DNA from: Candidatus Eiseniibacteriota bacterium
GTDB lineage: Bacteria; Eisenbacteria; RBG-16-71-46
DNA: 40,646 nt
Reading direction: 5' to 3'
NCBI GenBank assembly: GCA_031364845.1
Contig: JANLWX010000209.1
Coordinates: 1-40,646, forward strand
This document shows, one piece after another, positions 10,739-19,511 of this stretch (the stretch's first letter is position 1; each line of letters opens with the position of its first letter). The notes beneath the pieces are model-generated. The model was not told the origin of the DNA. It did not search any database and saw only the letters and a program-made list of their open reading frames with translations. Made by a program: the position numbers and the translations under genes.

Positions 10739-12463
10739 ATGGTCGTGGCGGTGACGCTGGCGCTCGGCGCTCCAGTGCTCGCGCCGCCGGCCGTTGCCGC
10801 TGCGGTGCCTGCGATCGGATCCGATCGCGCGCAGGAGACGCCGGCGGTCCCAGATTCCGCCGCGCGCGCCGAGCGGGATTCCGCCACGGCGCTGCCACCT
10901 GAAGCCACCGCGATCGACGATGCGCTGCGTGAGGGCATGGGGCTCGACGGACTCCGGATTCGCCGGATCGACATCACGCCGCTCAACGTCTACGAGCCGG
11001 TGCCGCCGGGCAGGCTCGCCGGCTTCTATCGCGTGGCCAACCGCCTGCACTTGCGCACCCGGCGCAGGACGATTCGCAATCAGCTGCTGTTCAAGCCGAA
11101 CGACCTGTGGTCCGACGCGCGCGGCCGCGAGCTGGCGCGAAATCTAAGGTCGCTGAGCTTCCTGAATCCGGTGCGCATCGAGCCGATCGCGAGCGGGGAT
11201 TCGGTCGACATCCAGATCGTGACTCGCGATCTGTGGACCACCTCGCCCGAGTTCAACTTCGAGAGCAGTGGCGGCAAGAAGTACGGATCGATCGCCTTCA
11301 CCGAGAAGAACTTCCTCGGGCTCGGCAAGCTGATGTCGTTCTCGTGGCGCCACGACAATCGCGGCATCACCCAGTACGTGTCGTACAACGATCCCAACGT
11401 CGTCGGCACCCGGTTGCGATTCAATGTGACCGCCGGCAAGGGCGCCGACGGCGCGTCGACCCGCGTGAGTGCGGGGCTTCCGTTCTGGTCGCTCGATGCG
11501 CCACGCAGTTACGGCGTGCAGTTCTCGCGCGCCACTTCGAACGCTGTGCTCTACGAGCGCGCGAGCGAAATCGCGAGCATCAACCAGCGGATCGAAGAGA
11601 CCGAACTGTGGTGGGGGCATTCGACGTATCGAGATTCGACGATCCGACGCTTCACCTACTCGCTGCTGATGCGCGACAAACGGCTGGGACCTACAATCCC
11701 CGCCCGCGATGCGGTCGTCCCGGAGGAATTCCTGGGCGGCGAGGAGAGCTACCGCTTCCGCCGGCTCAACGCCGAGATGCGGCTGTGGCGGCCGGGATAC
11801 GTCGAGCGCGTGGGCGTGGATCAGATGGAAACGATCGAGGATATGGATCTCGGGTCTTCGATCGCGCTCAAAGCCGGCTACGCGCCACGCTGGTTCGGTG
11901 GGGAGGACGAAGGCTACGCGCGCGTTCAGGTCGAGCGCGGTGCCGACACGCCGTTCGGATTCGGCTGGATGCACGGCACGATCTCCACGCGCCTGCGCGG
12001 AACGCCGCTCGAAACCGTGCACCAGGTCGACGCGCGCTGGTACCACCAGTCGTTCGGCCGCCAGACGGTGGCGCTCGCGGCTTACGGAATCGCGGGGCTC
12101 AAGATGGATCGCGACTTCCAGGCCACGGTCGGCGGTCTCAATGGCCTGCGCGCCTATCCCGTTCAGGCGTTGTCCGGGCGGCGGCTGTGGCGGCTCAACG
12201 GCGAGGATCGCTGGCGCGTGGGCAGCCTGTTCGGCGACTTCTTGACGGTCGGTGCAGTCGGGTTCGTCGATGCGGCGCGTGCATGGGGACCGGGGTCCGG
12301 CGGCAGCGAGTGGTTCGTTGATGCGGGAGGTGGATTGCGGCTCACGGCGCCCCACTGGACGCTCGGTCGCGTGCTGCGTCTCGATCTCGCGTGGCCCGTC
12401 AATCCCTCGCGCGACGGAAAGCGGCAGCCGGTGTTTTCGTTCGGCTCGAGCCAGGCATTCTAG
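10739..12463 (+). CDS. Omp85 (BamA/TamA-like) outer-membrane protein with a POTRA-like N-terminal domain
   Basis: TIRNQLLFK...RNLRSL.FL POTRA-like segment, EKNFLGLGK barrel start, GG.NGLRAY motif, DAGGGLRL, terminal Phe (FSFGSSQAF). Alternative start GTG 10691. Confidence 0.78.
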   Translation: MVVAVTLALGAPVLAPPAVAAAVPAIGSDRAQETPAVPDSAARAERDSATALPPEATAIDDALREGMGLDGLRIRRIDITPLNVYEPVPPGRLAGFYRVANRLHLRTRRRTIRNQLLFKPNDLWSDARGRELARNLRSLSFLNPVRIEPIASGDSVDIQIVTRDLWTTSPEFNFESSGGKKYGSIAFTEKNFLGLGKLMSFSWRHDNRGITQYVSYNDPNVVGTRLRFNVTAGKGADGASTRVSAGLPFWSLDAPRSYGVQFSRATSNAVLYERASEIASINQRIEETELWWGHSTYRDSTIRRFTYSLLMRDKRLGPTIPARDAVVPEEFLGGEESYRFRRLNAEMRLWRPGYVERVGVDQMETIEDMDLGSSIALKAGYAPRWFGGEDEGYARVQVERGADTPFGFGWMHGTISTRLRGTPLETVHQVDARWYHQSFGRQTVALAAYGIAGLKMDRDFQATVGGLNGLRAYPVQALSGRRLWRLNGEDRWRVGSLFGDFLTVGAVGFVDAARAWGPGSGGSEWFVDAGGGLRLTAPHWTLGRVLRLDLAWPVNPSRDGKRQPVFSFGSSQAF

Positions 12464-12477
12464 GTGTCCGGCACCGC

Positions 12478-12507
12478 TTGACTCACCGCAGCACCGCTGC
12501 GTAGCGT
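12478..12507 (+). promoter_or_regulatory. Putative sigma70-type promoter
   Basis: TTGACT (12478-12483)-N18-TAGCGT (12502-12507), followed by GGAGGAG and ATG 12530. Confidence 0.6.
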
Positions 12508-12529
12508 GCGCGCGGAGGAGTGACCGCGC

Positions 12530-13012
12530 ATGAATCTGACCCCGATACCGCTCACGCTGCCGCCCGAGGGCAACCTCATCGTCGGGCAGGCGCACTTCAT
12601 CAAGACGGCGGAAGATCTCGCCGAGATCGTCGCCGTGATTCCCGGGGCGCATTTCGGCATCGCCTTCTGCGAAGCGTCGGGTCCGTGTCTGATCCGCACC
12701 GAAGGCAACGATCCCGAACTGGTGGCACTCGCGGCGTCGAACGCCGAGCGCGTCGGAGCGGGTCACACGTTCTACGTGATGCTGCGTGGCATCTTTCCGA
12801 TCACCGTGCTGAACGCGATCAAGGCGTGCCCCGAGGTGTGCTCGATTTTCTGCGCGACCGGCAACCCGGTGGAAGTCGTGGTTGCCGAGTCCGCCCTGGG
12901 CCGCGGCATCGTCGGCGTCATCGACGGATCTGCACCCAAGGGAATCGAGAACGATTCCGACCGCACCCAGCGTCGCGAATTCCTGCGCGCGATCGGCTAC
13001 AAGCGCCCATGA
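12530..13012 (+). CDS. Adenosine-specific kinase family protein (Ta1353-like)
   Basis: NLIVGQAHFIKTAEDL, FGIAFCEASGPCLIR.EGND, GRGIVGVIDG..PKGIE, IGYK motifs. Confidence 0.85.
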   Translation: MNLTPIPLTLPPEGNLIVGQAHFIKTAEDLAEIVAVIPGAHFGIAFCEASGPCLIRTEGNDPELVALAASNAERVGAGHTFYVMLRGIFPITVLNAIKACPEVCSIFCATGNPVEVVVAESALGRGIVGVIDGSAPKGIENDSDRTQRREFLRAIGYKRP

Positions 13013-13064
13013 GCCCGGCACCGCATCCGGCCGGTCACCCCGCGGTATCGCGCGGGGCACCGCG

Positions 13065-14216
13065 ATGAGCCGCGAGACCGCGCCGGTCGTCGTCATCGGA
13101 GCCGGCTGCATCGGTGCTGCGATCGCCTATCACCTCGGCAGGCTCGGCGTGCGCGGCGTTCGGGTGCTCGAGCGCGAACCGTTTGCGGGCGCGGGATCGA
13201 CCTCCAAGGCCGCGGGCGGCATCCGTGCCCAGTTCTCGACGCCGATCAACGTGCGGATCTCGATGCTCGCAATCTCGCAGTTCCAGCGCTTCGCCGAGGA
13301 GATGGAGACCGACCCGGTGTACTTCCCGGTCGGCTACCTGTTCCTGCTGTGCACGGACACGCAATGGACGACGTTCCAGGCGCAGGCGGCGATGCAGCGC
13401 GGGCTCGGGCTCCCGGCGCAGGTTCTGACGCCGGCCGAGGCGAAGGCGATCGTTCCCGAACTCGAAGTCGGTGATGTGCTCGGTGCCACGTTCTGCCCGA
13501 TCGACGGCCTCGGCAATCCGCATGAGACCACGCAGGCCTACGTCGCGCGGGCGCGCGCGCTCGGCGCGACGTTCGACTTCGACCGCCCCGCGCGCGGGAT
13601 CGAGCGCGACGGCGAGCGCGTGACCGGTGTGCGCACCGATGCCGGCGTGATCGACACACCGTGGGTCGTGAACGCAGCCGGGCCGTATGCCGCCGAAGTC
13701 GCCGCGTGGGCGGGCGTCGAGCTGCCGGTGCTTCCGATTCGCCGCCATTGCTTCACCACGCAGCCGCTGCCGTTCGTGACCGAGCGCATGCCGATGATCG
13801 TCGACATGGCTTCAGGCGTGTACATGCATCGCGAGAGCGGCGGGATGCTGCTCGGGCTCGCGAACAAGGAAGAGCCGGCAGGATTCAACACCAGCGTGGA
13901 TTGGGATTTCCTCGAGCGGGTCGTGGAACCGGCCGTGCATCGGTTGCCGGCGCTCGAGCAGGCCGAAGTCTCGAACGGCTGGGCGGGCCTCTACGAGACC
14001 ACACCCGACCACAACGCCGTGATCGGGCCGCCGCGCGGCACCTCCGGACTGATGCTCGCGAACGGTTTCTCGGGCCACGGCTTCATGCACTCTCCTGCGA
14101 TCGGGCAGCTGGTGGCCGAGTGGATCGTCGAGGGCCGCCCGAGCATCGATCTGACTGCGCTGCGTCTCGAGCGTTTCGCCGAGACTCCCGCCGCTGCCGA
14201 AGCGAATGTGATCTGA
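13065..14216 (+). CDS. FAD-dependent oxidoreductase (DAO/sarcosine oxidase beta-like)
   Basis: VVVIGAGCIG, GSTSKAAGGIRAQF, VVNAAG, WAGLYETTPDH, GFSGHGFMHSP. Confidence 0.9.
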   Translation: MSRETAPVVVIGAGCIGAAIAYHLGRLGVRGVRVLEREPFAGAGSTSKAAGGIRAQFSTPINVRISMLAISQFQRFAEEMETDPVYFPVGYLFLLCTDTQWTTFQAQAAMQRGLGLPAQVLTPAEAKAIVPELEVGDVLGATFCPIDGLGNPHETTQAYVARARALGATFDFDRPARGIERDGERVTGVRTDAGVIDTPWVVNAAGPYAAEVAAWAGVELPVLPIRRHCFTTQPLPFVTERMPMIVDMASGVYMHRESGGMLLGLANKEEPAGFNTSVDWDFLERVVEPAVHRLPALEQAEVSNGWAGLYETTPDHNAVIGPPRGTSGLMLANGFSGHGFMHSPAIGQLVAEWIVEGRPSIDLTALRLERFAETPAAAEANVI

Positions 14217-14217
14217 C

Positions 14218-14862
14218 ATGGCGCTCTTGAACCTCACGCTGAACTTGGGCCCGCTCGACAACAACTCCTACATCCTGATCTGCGAGCGCACGCGGCAAGC
14301 CGCCGTGATCGATGCCGGGTTCGAGCCTGAAGCCGTGATCCGCGCGGTTGAGGAGGCCCGGGTCGACGTGCGGCTGCTGCTCAACACGCACGGACACTAC
14401 GATCACGTCGCCGGCATGCGTGCCGTGCAGGACGCATGCGGCGGCGAGTACTGGATCCACCCGGCCGACCGGCCGCTGATCGCCGCACTCACGAGCCAGG
14501 GCGCGATGTTCGGATTTCCTCCGGCCACAGCTCCGGACGTCGTGCACGATCTGACCGACGGCCAGCGAATCGCGCTCGGCGATGCGACGCTCGAGGTGAT
14601 CCACACGCCCGGACACTCGCCGGGTGGGGTGTGCTTTCACCATGAGAACGACCTGTGGGTCGGAGACACGCTGTTCGCGGGCTCGGTCGGACGCACGGAC
14701 CTTCCGGGCGGCTCGTTCGAACAGCTCGAGCGCGCGATCCACACGCGACTGTTCCCGCTCGGCGACGCCCTGCGCTGCCACACCGGGCACGGCCCCGCGA
14801 CCGTGCTGGGCCATGAACGGGTGCATAATCCGTTCGTCGGCGAGCGCGCGAAGCTCGTGTGA
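14218..14862 (+). CDS. MBL-fold metallo-hydrolase (glyoxalase II/YcbL-like)
   Basis: THGHYDH, HTPGHSPG, GDTLFAGSVGRTDLPGG, GHGP.T....E...NPF. Confidence 0.92.
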   Translation: MALLNLTLNLGPLDNNSYILICERTRQAAVIDAGFEPEAVIRAVEEARVDVRLLLNTHGHYDHVAGMRAVQDACGGEYWIHPADRPLIAALTSQGAMFGFPPATAPDVVHDLTDGQRIALGDATLEVIHTPGHSPGGVCFHHENDLWVGDTLFAGSVGRTDLPGGSFEQLERAIHTRLFPLGDALRCHTGHGPATVLGHERVHNPFVGERAKLV

Positions 14863-14874
14863 CCGGAGGACGAG

Positions 14875-15930
14875 ATGAGTGAACGGCACGCATCGCAATG
14901 GGAGGCGCGGCTCCACTTCGACCCGGCCGCATTCGTGGCGCCGGGTGCCGTGATTGCCGGCGAGGTCACGCTCGGTCCGCGCAGCAGCGTGTGGTTCAAC
15001 ACCGTGATCCGCGGCGATTCGGCGCCGGTCGCCCTCGGTGCCGGCTCCAACGTGCAGGACAACTCGACCGTGCACGTCGACGAAGGCTATCCGGCATTGA
15101 TCGGTGATCGCGTCACCGTCGGTCACCGCTCGATCATCCACGGTTGTGTCATCGAGAATGACTGTCTGATCGGGATGGGAAGCGTGGTGCTGTCCGGCGC
15201 GCGGATCGGCGCCGGGTCTTTGATCGGCGCCGGGGCATTGATCAAGGAAGGGCAGGAGATCCCGCCCGGCTCGCTCGCGGTCGGCGCTCCGGCGCGCGTG
15301 ATTGGCCCGGTCGCAGAAGTCCATCGCGAGGCGATCCGCAACGGATCCACGCACTACGCCGACCTTGCGCTCAGCTACATCCGGCGCGGGCATGCGCGGC
15401 CGCATCCGGCGCGCGATGCCGACGGCGGCACGACCGCGCGCGATCAGGGTCCGATGTCGTTCCTCGAATGGGAACAGCTGCGCTGCCAGTTGGAGGAGAG
15501 CCCCGATCGCGCCGAACGACGGATCGCCGGAGTGTCCGACGCGCGCGTGCGCCGGGTGCCCGGCCCGGGACGTTGGAGTGCCATCGAAGTCCTGTGCCAT
15601 GTGCGCGACTCGGATCGCCACGTGTTCGTACCGAGGCTGGCGCGTTTCGCCGCCGAGACGGAGCCGCTCTTCGAAAACATCGACATGACCGGAACGGACC
15701 GCGCGCGCGCGTACGCGACGCAGAATCCGGTGGAAGTGATCGCACAGTGGCGCGAAGCGCGACGCGGTGCGATCGCCACACTCGCCACCTTCGGCCGCGC
15801 CGAGTGGAACCGGCTCGGGTTCCATTCGCTGCGCGGGCCGTATCCCGTGTCCGCGATGGTGCGCGGCTGGGTCGAGCATGACTTGTCCCATCTGCATCAG
15901 ATCGCGTGTGCCCTGCGCCATGGCGCGTGA
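14875..15930 (+). CDS. Gamma-carbonic-anhydrase family (YrdA-like) domain fused to a DinB/YfiT-like domain
   Basis: Hexapeptide repeats with IRGD, NVQDNSTVH, VGHRSIIHGC; C-terminal half WSAIEVLCHVRD...WVEHDLSHLHQI; GGAGG SD. Confidence 0.85.
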   Translation: MSERHASQWEARLHFDPAAFVAPGAVIAGEVTLGPRSSVWFNTVIRGDSAPVALGAGSNVQDNSTVHVDEGYPALIGDRVTVGHRSIIHGCVIENDCLIGMGSVVLSGARIGAGSLIGAGALIKEGQEIPPGSLAVGAPARVIGPVAEVHREAIRNGSTHYADLALSYIRRGHARPHPARDADGGTTARDQGPMSFLEWEQLRCQLEESPDRAERRIAGVSDARVRRVPGPGRWSAIEVLCHVRDSDRHVFVPRLARFAAETEPLFENIDMTGTDRARAYATQNPVEVIAQWREARRGAIATLATFGRAEWNRLGFHSLRGPYPVSAMVRGWVEHDLSHLHQIACALRHGA

Positions 15931-16579
15931 TCGTCTGCGGCTCATGAACCCTACGCCCGTGGTCACGCGGCTCACGGATGGTCTCGCGGCGCGAGCGGCT
16001 GGCGGGATCGCGGATTCCGCGCCGCTCACCTGGATGCTCGGCGCCGCCGACGATGTTGCCGCGGCGCGCGCCGCCGGAATGGGGGAAGGTCATCGCATCC
16101 TGATGTTGAGCTGGATCGGCGCACATCCCGACGCCCGCGCCGACGTGTTGAGACGCCTGTGGGCGCTCGAGGAGCGGAGCCGGGAGTCCGGGCTGCCGAC
16201 GCTCACGCTGCGGCTCGGACCGCTCGCGGGTTCATCCAGTCCGCTGTGGCGGAAACTCGCGCGCGCGAAGCTGACTTCACGCCTCGCGCGCAGGCCGGTT
16301 CACCCGGTGCTCGAATCGCAGGTCGTCGAGGTGATCGAACGCGCGTTGTCGGGCGCCATCCGATGGGACGGATGGCAGGAGCTGGGCGGGCCCGACATCA
16401 TGACGCTCGGCGAGTGTGCGGATCTCGCGCGCGCCGCGAACATCACCGGCGAAGGTGAATGGGAGCCCGATCTCGAAGCACTCGCCGAACAGAGGCTGAT
16501 TGAGCCCGACGTGTGGGCCGCGTGGTCGGGCATCGAGCCGAGGTCGCCGCGGGCGGAGACGACGACATGGGCCGCGTGA
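15920..16579 (+). CDS. Hypothetical protein, possibly a degenerate atypical SDR/NAD(P)-binding fold
   Basis: Fills the gap with overlaps to both neighbours; E...RESGLP.LTLR, ELGGPDIMTL.E resemble SDR_a C-terminal motifs; no GxxGxxG seen; start uncertain. Confidence 0.5.
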   Translation: MARDRLRLMNPTPVVTRLTDGLAARAAGGIADSAPLTWMLGAADDVAAARAAGMGEGHRILMLSWIGAHPDARADVLRRLWALEERSRESGLPTLTLRLGPLAGSSSPLWRKLARAKLTSRLARRPVHPVLESQVVEVIERALSGAIRWDGWQELGGPDIMTLGECADLARAANITGEGEWEPDLEALAEQRLIEPDVWAAWSGIEPRSPRAETTTWAA

Positions 16580-17160
16580 CGAAGGCGGTGGCACGGCGCG
16601 GCAAGACCGCACGCACGACCGGCGCGCCGAAGTCCGCATCCCGCGCCGGCGCGCGCCCCGCCCACGCCGCGGCCGCGCGCACGCCGGTCGGTTGCGCGGT
16701 GCTCACGGTGAGCGACACGCGCGGACGGGGCAACGATCCCGGCGGCGACTCGATCGAAGCGCGTATCGAGAGCGCCGGTCACCGCGTGCTGCTGCGCGCC
16801 TGGTCGCCCGACAGCGTGCGTTCGATCCGCGTGGCAGCGCGTGCGGCGCTTGCCATGCGCGGCGTCGATGCCTTGATCGTCACCGGCGGCACCGGCCCCG
16901 CGCCGCGCGACGTCACGCCGGAAGCGCTCGCACCGCTGATCGATCGCCCATTCGCGGGCTTCGGTGAATTGTTCCGCGCCCGGTCGTACGCCGAAGTCGG
17001 AAGTGCTGCGTGGCTCTCGCGCGCCGGAGCCGGTGTGGTGGGCAACCGGCTCGTGTTCTGGCTGCCCGGCTCGCCCGCCGGCACCCGGCTCGCTCTCGAA
17101 GAACTCATTCTCCCCGAGCTCGGGCATGCGCTCCGGCTGCTCGGCCGCACCCCATCATGA
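16567..17160 (+). CDS. MogA/MoaB molybdopterin adenylyltransferase family protein
   Basis: VLTVSD, D.GG, IVTGGTGPAPRDVTPEA, GFGELFR, AWLSRA.AG, FWLPGSP. Alternative start GTG 16576. Confidence 0.9.
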   Translation: MGRVTKAVARRGKTARTTGAPKSASRAGARPAHAAAARTPVGCAVLTVSDTRGRGNDPGGDSIEARIESAGHRVLLRAWSPDSVRSIRVAARAALAMRGVDALIVTGGTGPAPRDVTPEALAPLIDRPFAGFGELFRARSYAEVGSAAWLSRAGAGVVGNRLVFWLPGSPAGTRLALEELILPELGHALRLLGRTPS

Positions 17161-17169
17161 GGACACACC

Positions 17170-17724
17170 ATGTCGATCAAACCTGACCGCTGGATCCGCG
17201 AGATGTGCCGCACGCACCGGATGATCGAGCCGTTCGAGGAGAAGCAGGTCCGCGAGGGCGTGATCTCCTATGGCGTCTCGTCCTACGGCTACGACATCCG
17301 CATCGCCGACGAGTTCAAGATCTTCACGAACGTGAACTCGACGATCGTCGATCCCAAGAACATGGACCCCGGTTCGATGGTCGACTTCAAGGGTCCGGTC
17401 GCGATCATCCCGCCCAACTCCTTCGCGCTCGGCCGGACGATCGAGTACTTCCGCATCCCCCGCAACGTGCTCACGATCTGTCTCGGCAAGTCGACGTACG
17501 CGCGCTGCGGAATCATCACCAACGTCACGCCGTTCGAACCGGAGTGGGAGGGATTCGTGACGCTCGAGATCAGCAACACGACCCCGCTGCCGGCGCGCGT
17601 CTATTCCAACGAAGGCATCGCTCAGGTGCTGTTCTTCGAGAGCGACGAGGAGTGCGAGACGTCGTACCGCGACAAGGCCGGCAAGTACCAAGGTCAGACC
17701 GGGATCACGCTTCCGCGGTTGTGA
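17170..17724 (+). CDS. dcd: dCTP deaminase
   Basis: [56 protein letters not shown]. Confidence 0.96.
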   Translation: MSIKPDRWIREMCRTHRMIEPFEEKQVREGVISYGVSSYGYDIRIADEFKIFTNVNSTIVDPKNMDPGSMVDFKGPVAIIPPNSFALGRTIEYFRIPRNVLTICLGKSTYARCGIITNVTPFEPEWEGFVTLEISNTTPLPARVYSNEGIAQVLFFESDEECETSYRDKAGKYQGQTGITLPRL

Positions 17725-18691
17725 CGAGCTGATCCAGCAGGCGCGTGGCGAGGCGGTCCCAGCTCCACGGAATCGCCGCGGCGGGGGCCGCCGCCTCGAG
17801 CCTCGTTCGCAGCGCTTCGTCGCTCAGCAGCCGCCGTGCGGCGCGCGCCATGAGCCACGCGTGGCGGACCGGAACGACGAGTGCGGTTTCCTCGTGGCGC
17901 GCGAAGTCGCGCGTTCCGCTGCGTGTGCACGCCACCGCGCAGCCGCTCGCCATCGCTTCGATCGCGGTGTTGCACCAGCCCGCTTTGCGCTCCGCGGCGA
18001 GGAACACGTGCGCCGAGCGATAGAGCTCGGCGAGTTCATCCTGACTCGGATTCAGAACGTAGCGCGCATTCGCGGGGAGTGCTGCTCCGTCGCGGGGATC
18101 GCGCGCGTTCGCGGCATCGAGGCTGTCGAACAGGACGATCTCGAACCGCGGGACGCGATTCGTGATGGACTCGAGTGCTGCGAGGATGAGGTCGGTGCCC
18201 TTCTTGGGCCGTGACCGTCTTCCGTTGACGAGCACGCGGAGCACGTCCCGCGGGCGGCGCGATGGTTCGGGATGAAATTGCGTGAGCCGGATGCCGCCGA
18301 TGCCGTCGAGCACCGGACGCCGGCTGCGGCGCTCGACCGAGCGGCGCAGATCGGTCGAATTGGCCGCGAGCACGACAGCGGGATCCGCGATCGCGCGCGC
18401 GAGGCCGGGGTCGCGCTCGAGCACACAGTAGTAGACGTGCCGTTGGGATCGGTGCGCTCGAAAGGCGTCCCAGGTGTGCGGATCGCCGGAGAATGCGAGT
18501 TCGGCCTCGACTTCTCGGGCCGCCGCCAGCGGCATGATGGCTCCGGCGAACGGGAGCCAGCCGGGGACGGTGCCATCGGGATGGAAGAGGGTGACCGCGT
18601 GCCCCTGTTCCGACCACGCATTGCCGAGCTCGAGATAGCGTCGGACACCACCGAACACACCGACGTGCGGCAAGAACAGGCTGATGCGCAT
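17705..18691 (-). CDS. Glycosyltransferase family 4
   Basis: FGGVRR..EL.N...[18 protein letters not shown]...EAMASGCAV; overlaps the 3' end of dcd by 20 nt. Confidence 0.85.
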   Translation of the reverse strand: MRISLFLPHVGVFGGVRRYLELGNAWSEQGHAVTLFHPDGTVPGWLPFAGAIMPLAAAREVEAELAFSGDPHTWDAFRAHRSQRHVYYCVLERDPGLARAIADPAVVLAANSTDLRRSVERRSRRPVLDGIGGIRLTQFHPEPSRRPRDVLRVLVNGRRSRPKKGTDLILAALESITNRVPRFEIVLFDSLDAANARDPRDGAALPANARYVLNPSQDELAELYRSAHVFLAAERKAGWCNTAIEAMASGCAVACTRSGTRDFARHEETALVVPVRHAWLMARAARRLLSDEALRTRLEAAAPAAAIPWSWDRLATRLLDQLVTTAEA

Positions 18692-18889
18692 GGACCGGGC
18701 ACGCTATCAAAGGAACGCCTGCGTGAGAAATGCGGCGACCGCGGCGCGCCAGCCTGCGATGGTCCGAAGCGGCGCACTGTTTCGGATCGCGACGCGACTC
18801 GTTTCGGGCTGGAACGCGCGGCCGCCGGCGGGGTCGTCCACGATCGACATGTCCGCGATTCAACGGGCCAATCCTGACGTGCAGAGCTC

Positions 18890-18905
18890 TGGCACAGCGG
18901 CTGCT
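18890..18905 (+). promoter_or_regulatory. Putative sigma54 (-24/-12) promoter for hsp20-dnaK
   Basis: cTGGCAC-AGCGG-CTGCT with exact GG-N10-GC spacing, ~70 nt upstream of the hsp20 ATG. Confidence 0.6.
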
Positions 18906-18977
18906 TGAGCACTCCACAGTTCGAAGAATCCGGGCACGGCCGCAGCACTTCAGCACCATCAACACGAGGAGATTGCG

Positions 18978-19424
18978 ATGAAGCTCATCCGTTGGACCCC
19001 CAATTCGGGCAGTTCCCTTGGCCTTCACGACGACATCGATCGTCTGTTTTCCGGATATTTCTCGCGGACCCCGCAGTCGGCGGAAGCCGCCACCGTTCTG
19101 GCACCGGCGGTCGACATCGAAGAAACCCAGGACGCTTACGTCCTCAAGGCGGATCTGCCGGGCATGACCCAGGCCGACGTCAAAGTGAGCCTGCTCGGCG
19201 ATGTCCTTACGCTCCGGGGAGAGCGTAAGCGCCCCGAGCCTGGCCACGAGAGCGCGTGGCGCCACTCGGAGCGGTCCTACGGCACCTTCGAGCGTACCTT
19301 CAAGCTCACCCGCTCGGTCAGGGCGGACGGCGTGCAGGCGACTTATCGCGACGGTGTGCTGGAAGTGAAGGTTCCGAAGGCCGAAGAAGCGCGGACGCGT
19401 GAGATCGAAGTTCAGGTCGGGTAG
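18978..19424 (+). CDS. Hsp20/alpha-crystallin small heat-shock protein
   Basis: PAVDIEET, DLPGM, LTLRGER, ERSYGTFERTF.L, ATYRDGVLEVKVPK; GAGGAG SD. Confidence 0.95.
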   Translation: MKLIRWTPNSGSSLGLHDDIDRLFSGYFSRTPQSAEAATVLAPAVDIEETQDAYVLKADLPGMTQADVKVSLLGDVLTLRGERKRPEPGHESAWRHSERSYGTFERTFKLTRSVRADGVQATYRDGVLEVKVPKAEEARTREIEVQVG

Positions 19425-19447
19425 GATCGGCAAAACTCGTTCGTGGA

Positions 19448-19484
19448 GAGCCCGCCGGCGGCCGGACGGTCGCCGGCGGGGCTC
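19448..19484. other. GC-rich intergenic stem-loop between hsp20 and dnaK (no U tail)
   Basis: GAGCCCGCCGGCGGCC / GGTCGCCGGCGGGGCTC with one G-U pair and one bulge. Confidence 0.6.
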
Positions 19485-19511
19485 ACGGCATTCATAAGGA
19501 AGGATGGAAAC

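Noticed and set aside
18906..18932. CIRCE (HrcA operator) upstream of hsp20
   Set aside because: The left half TGAGCACTC is close to TTAGCACTC, but after 9 nt the right half is AAGAATCCG rather than GAGTGCTAA.
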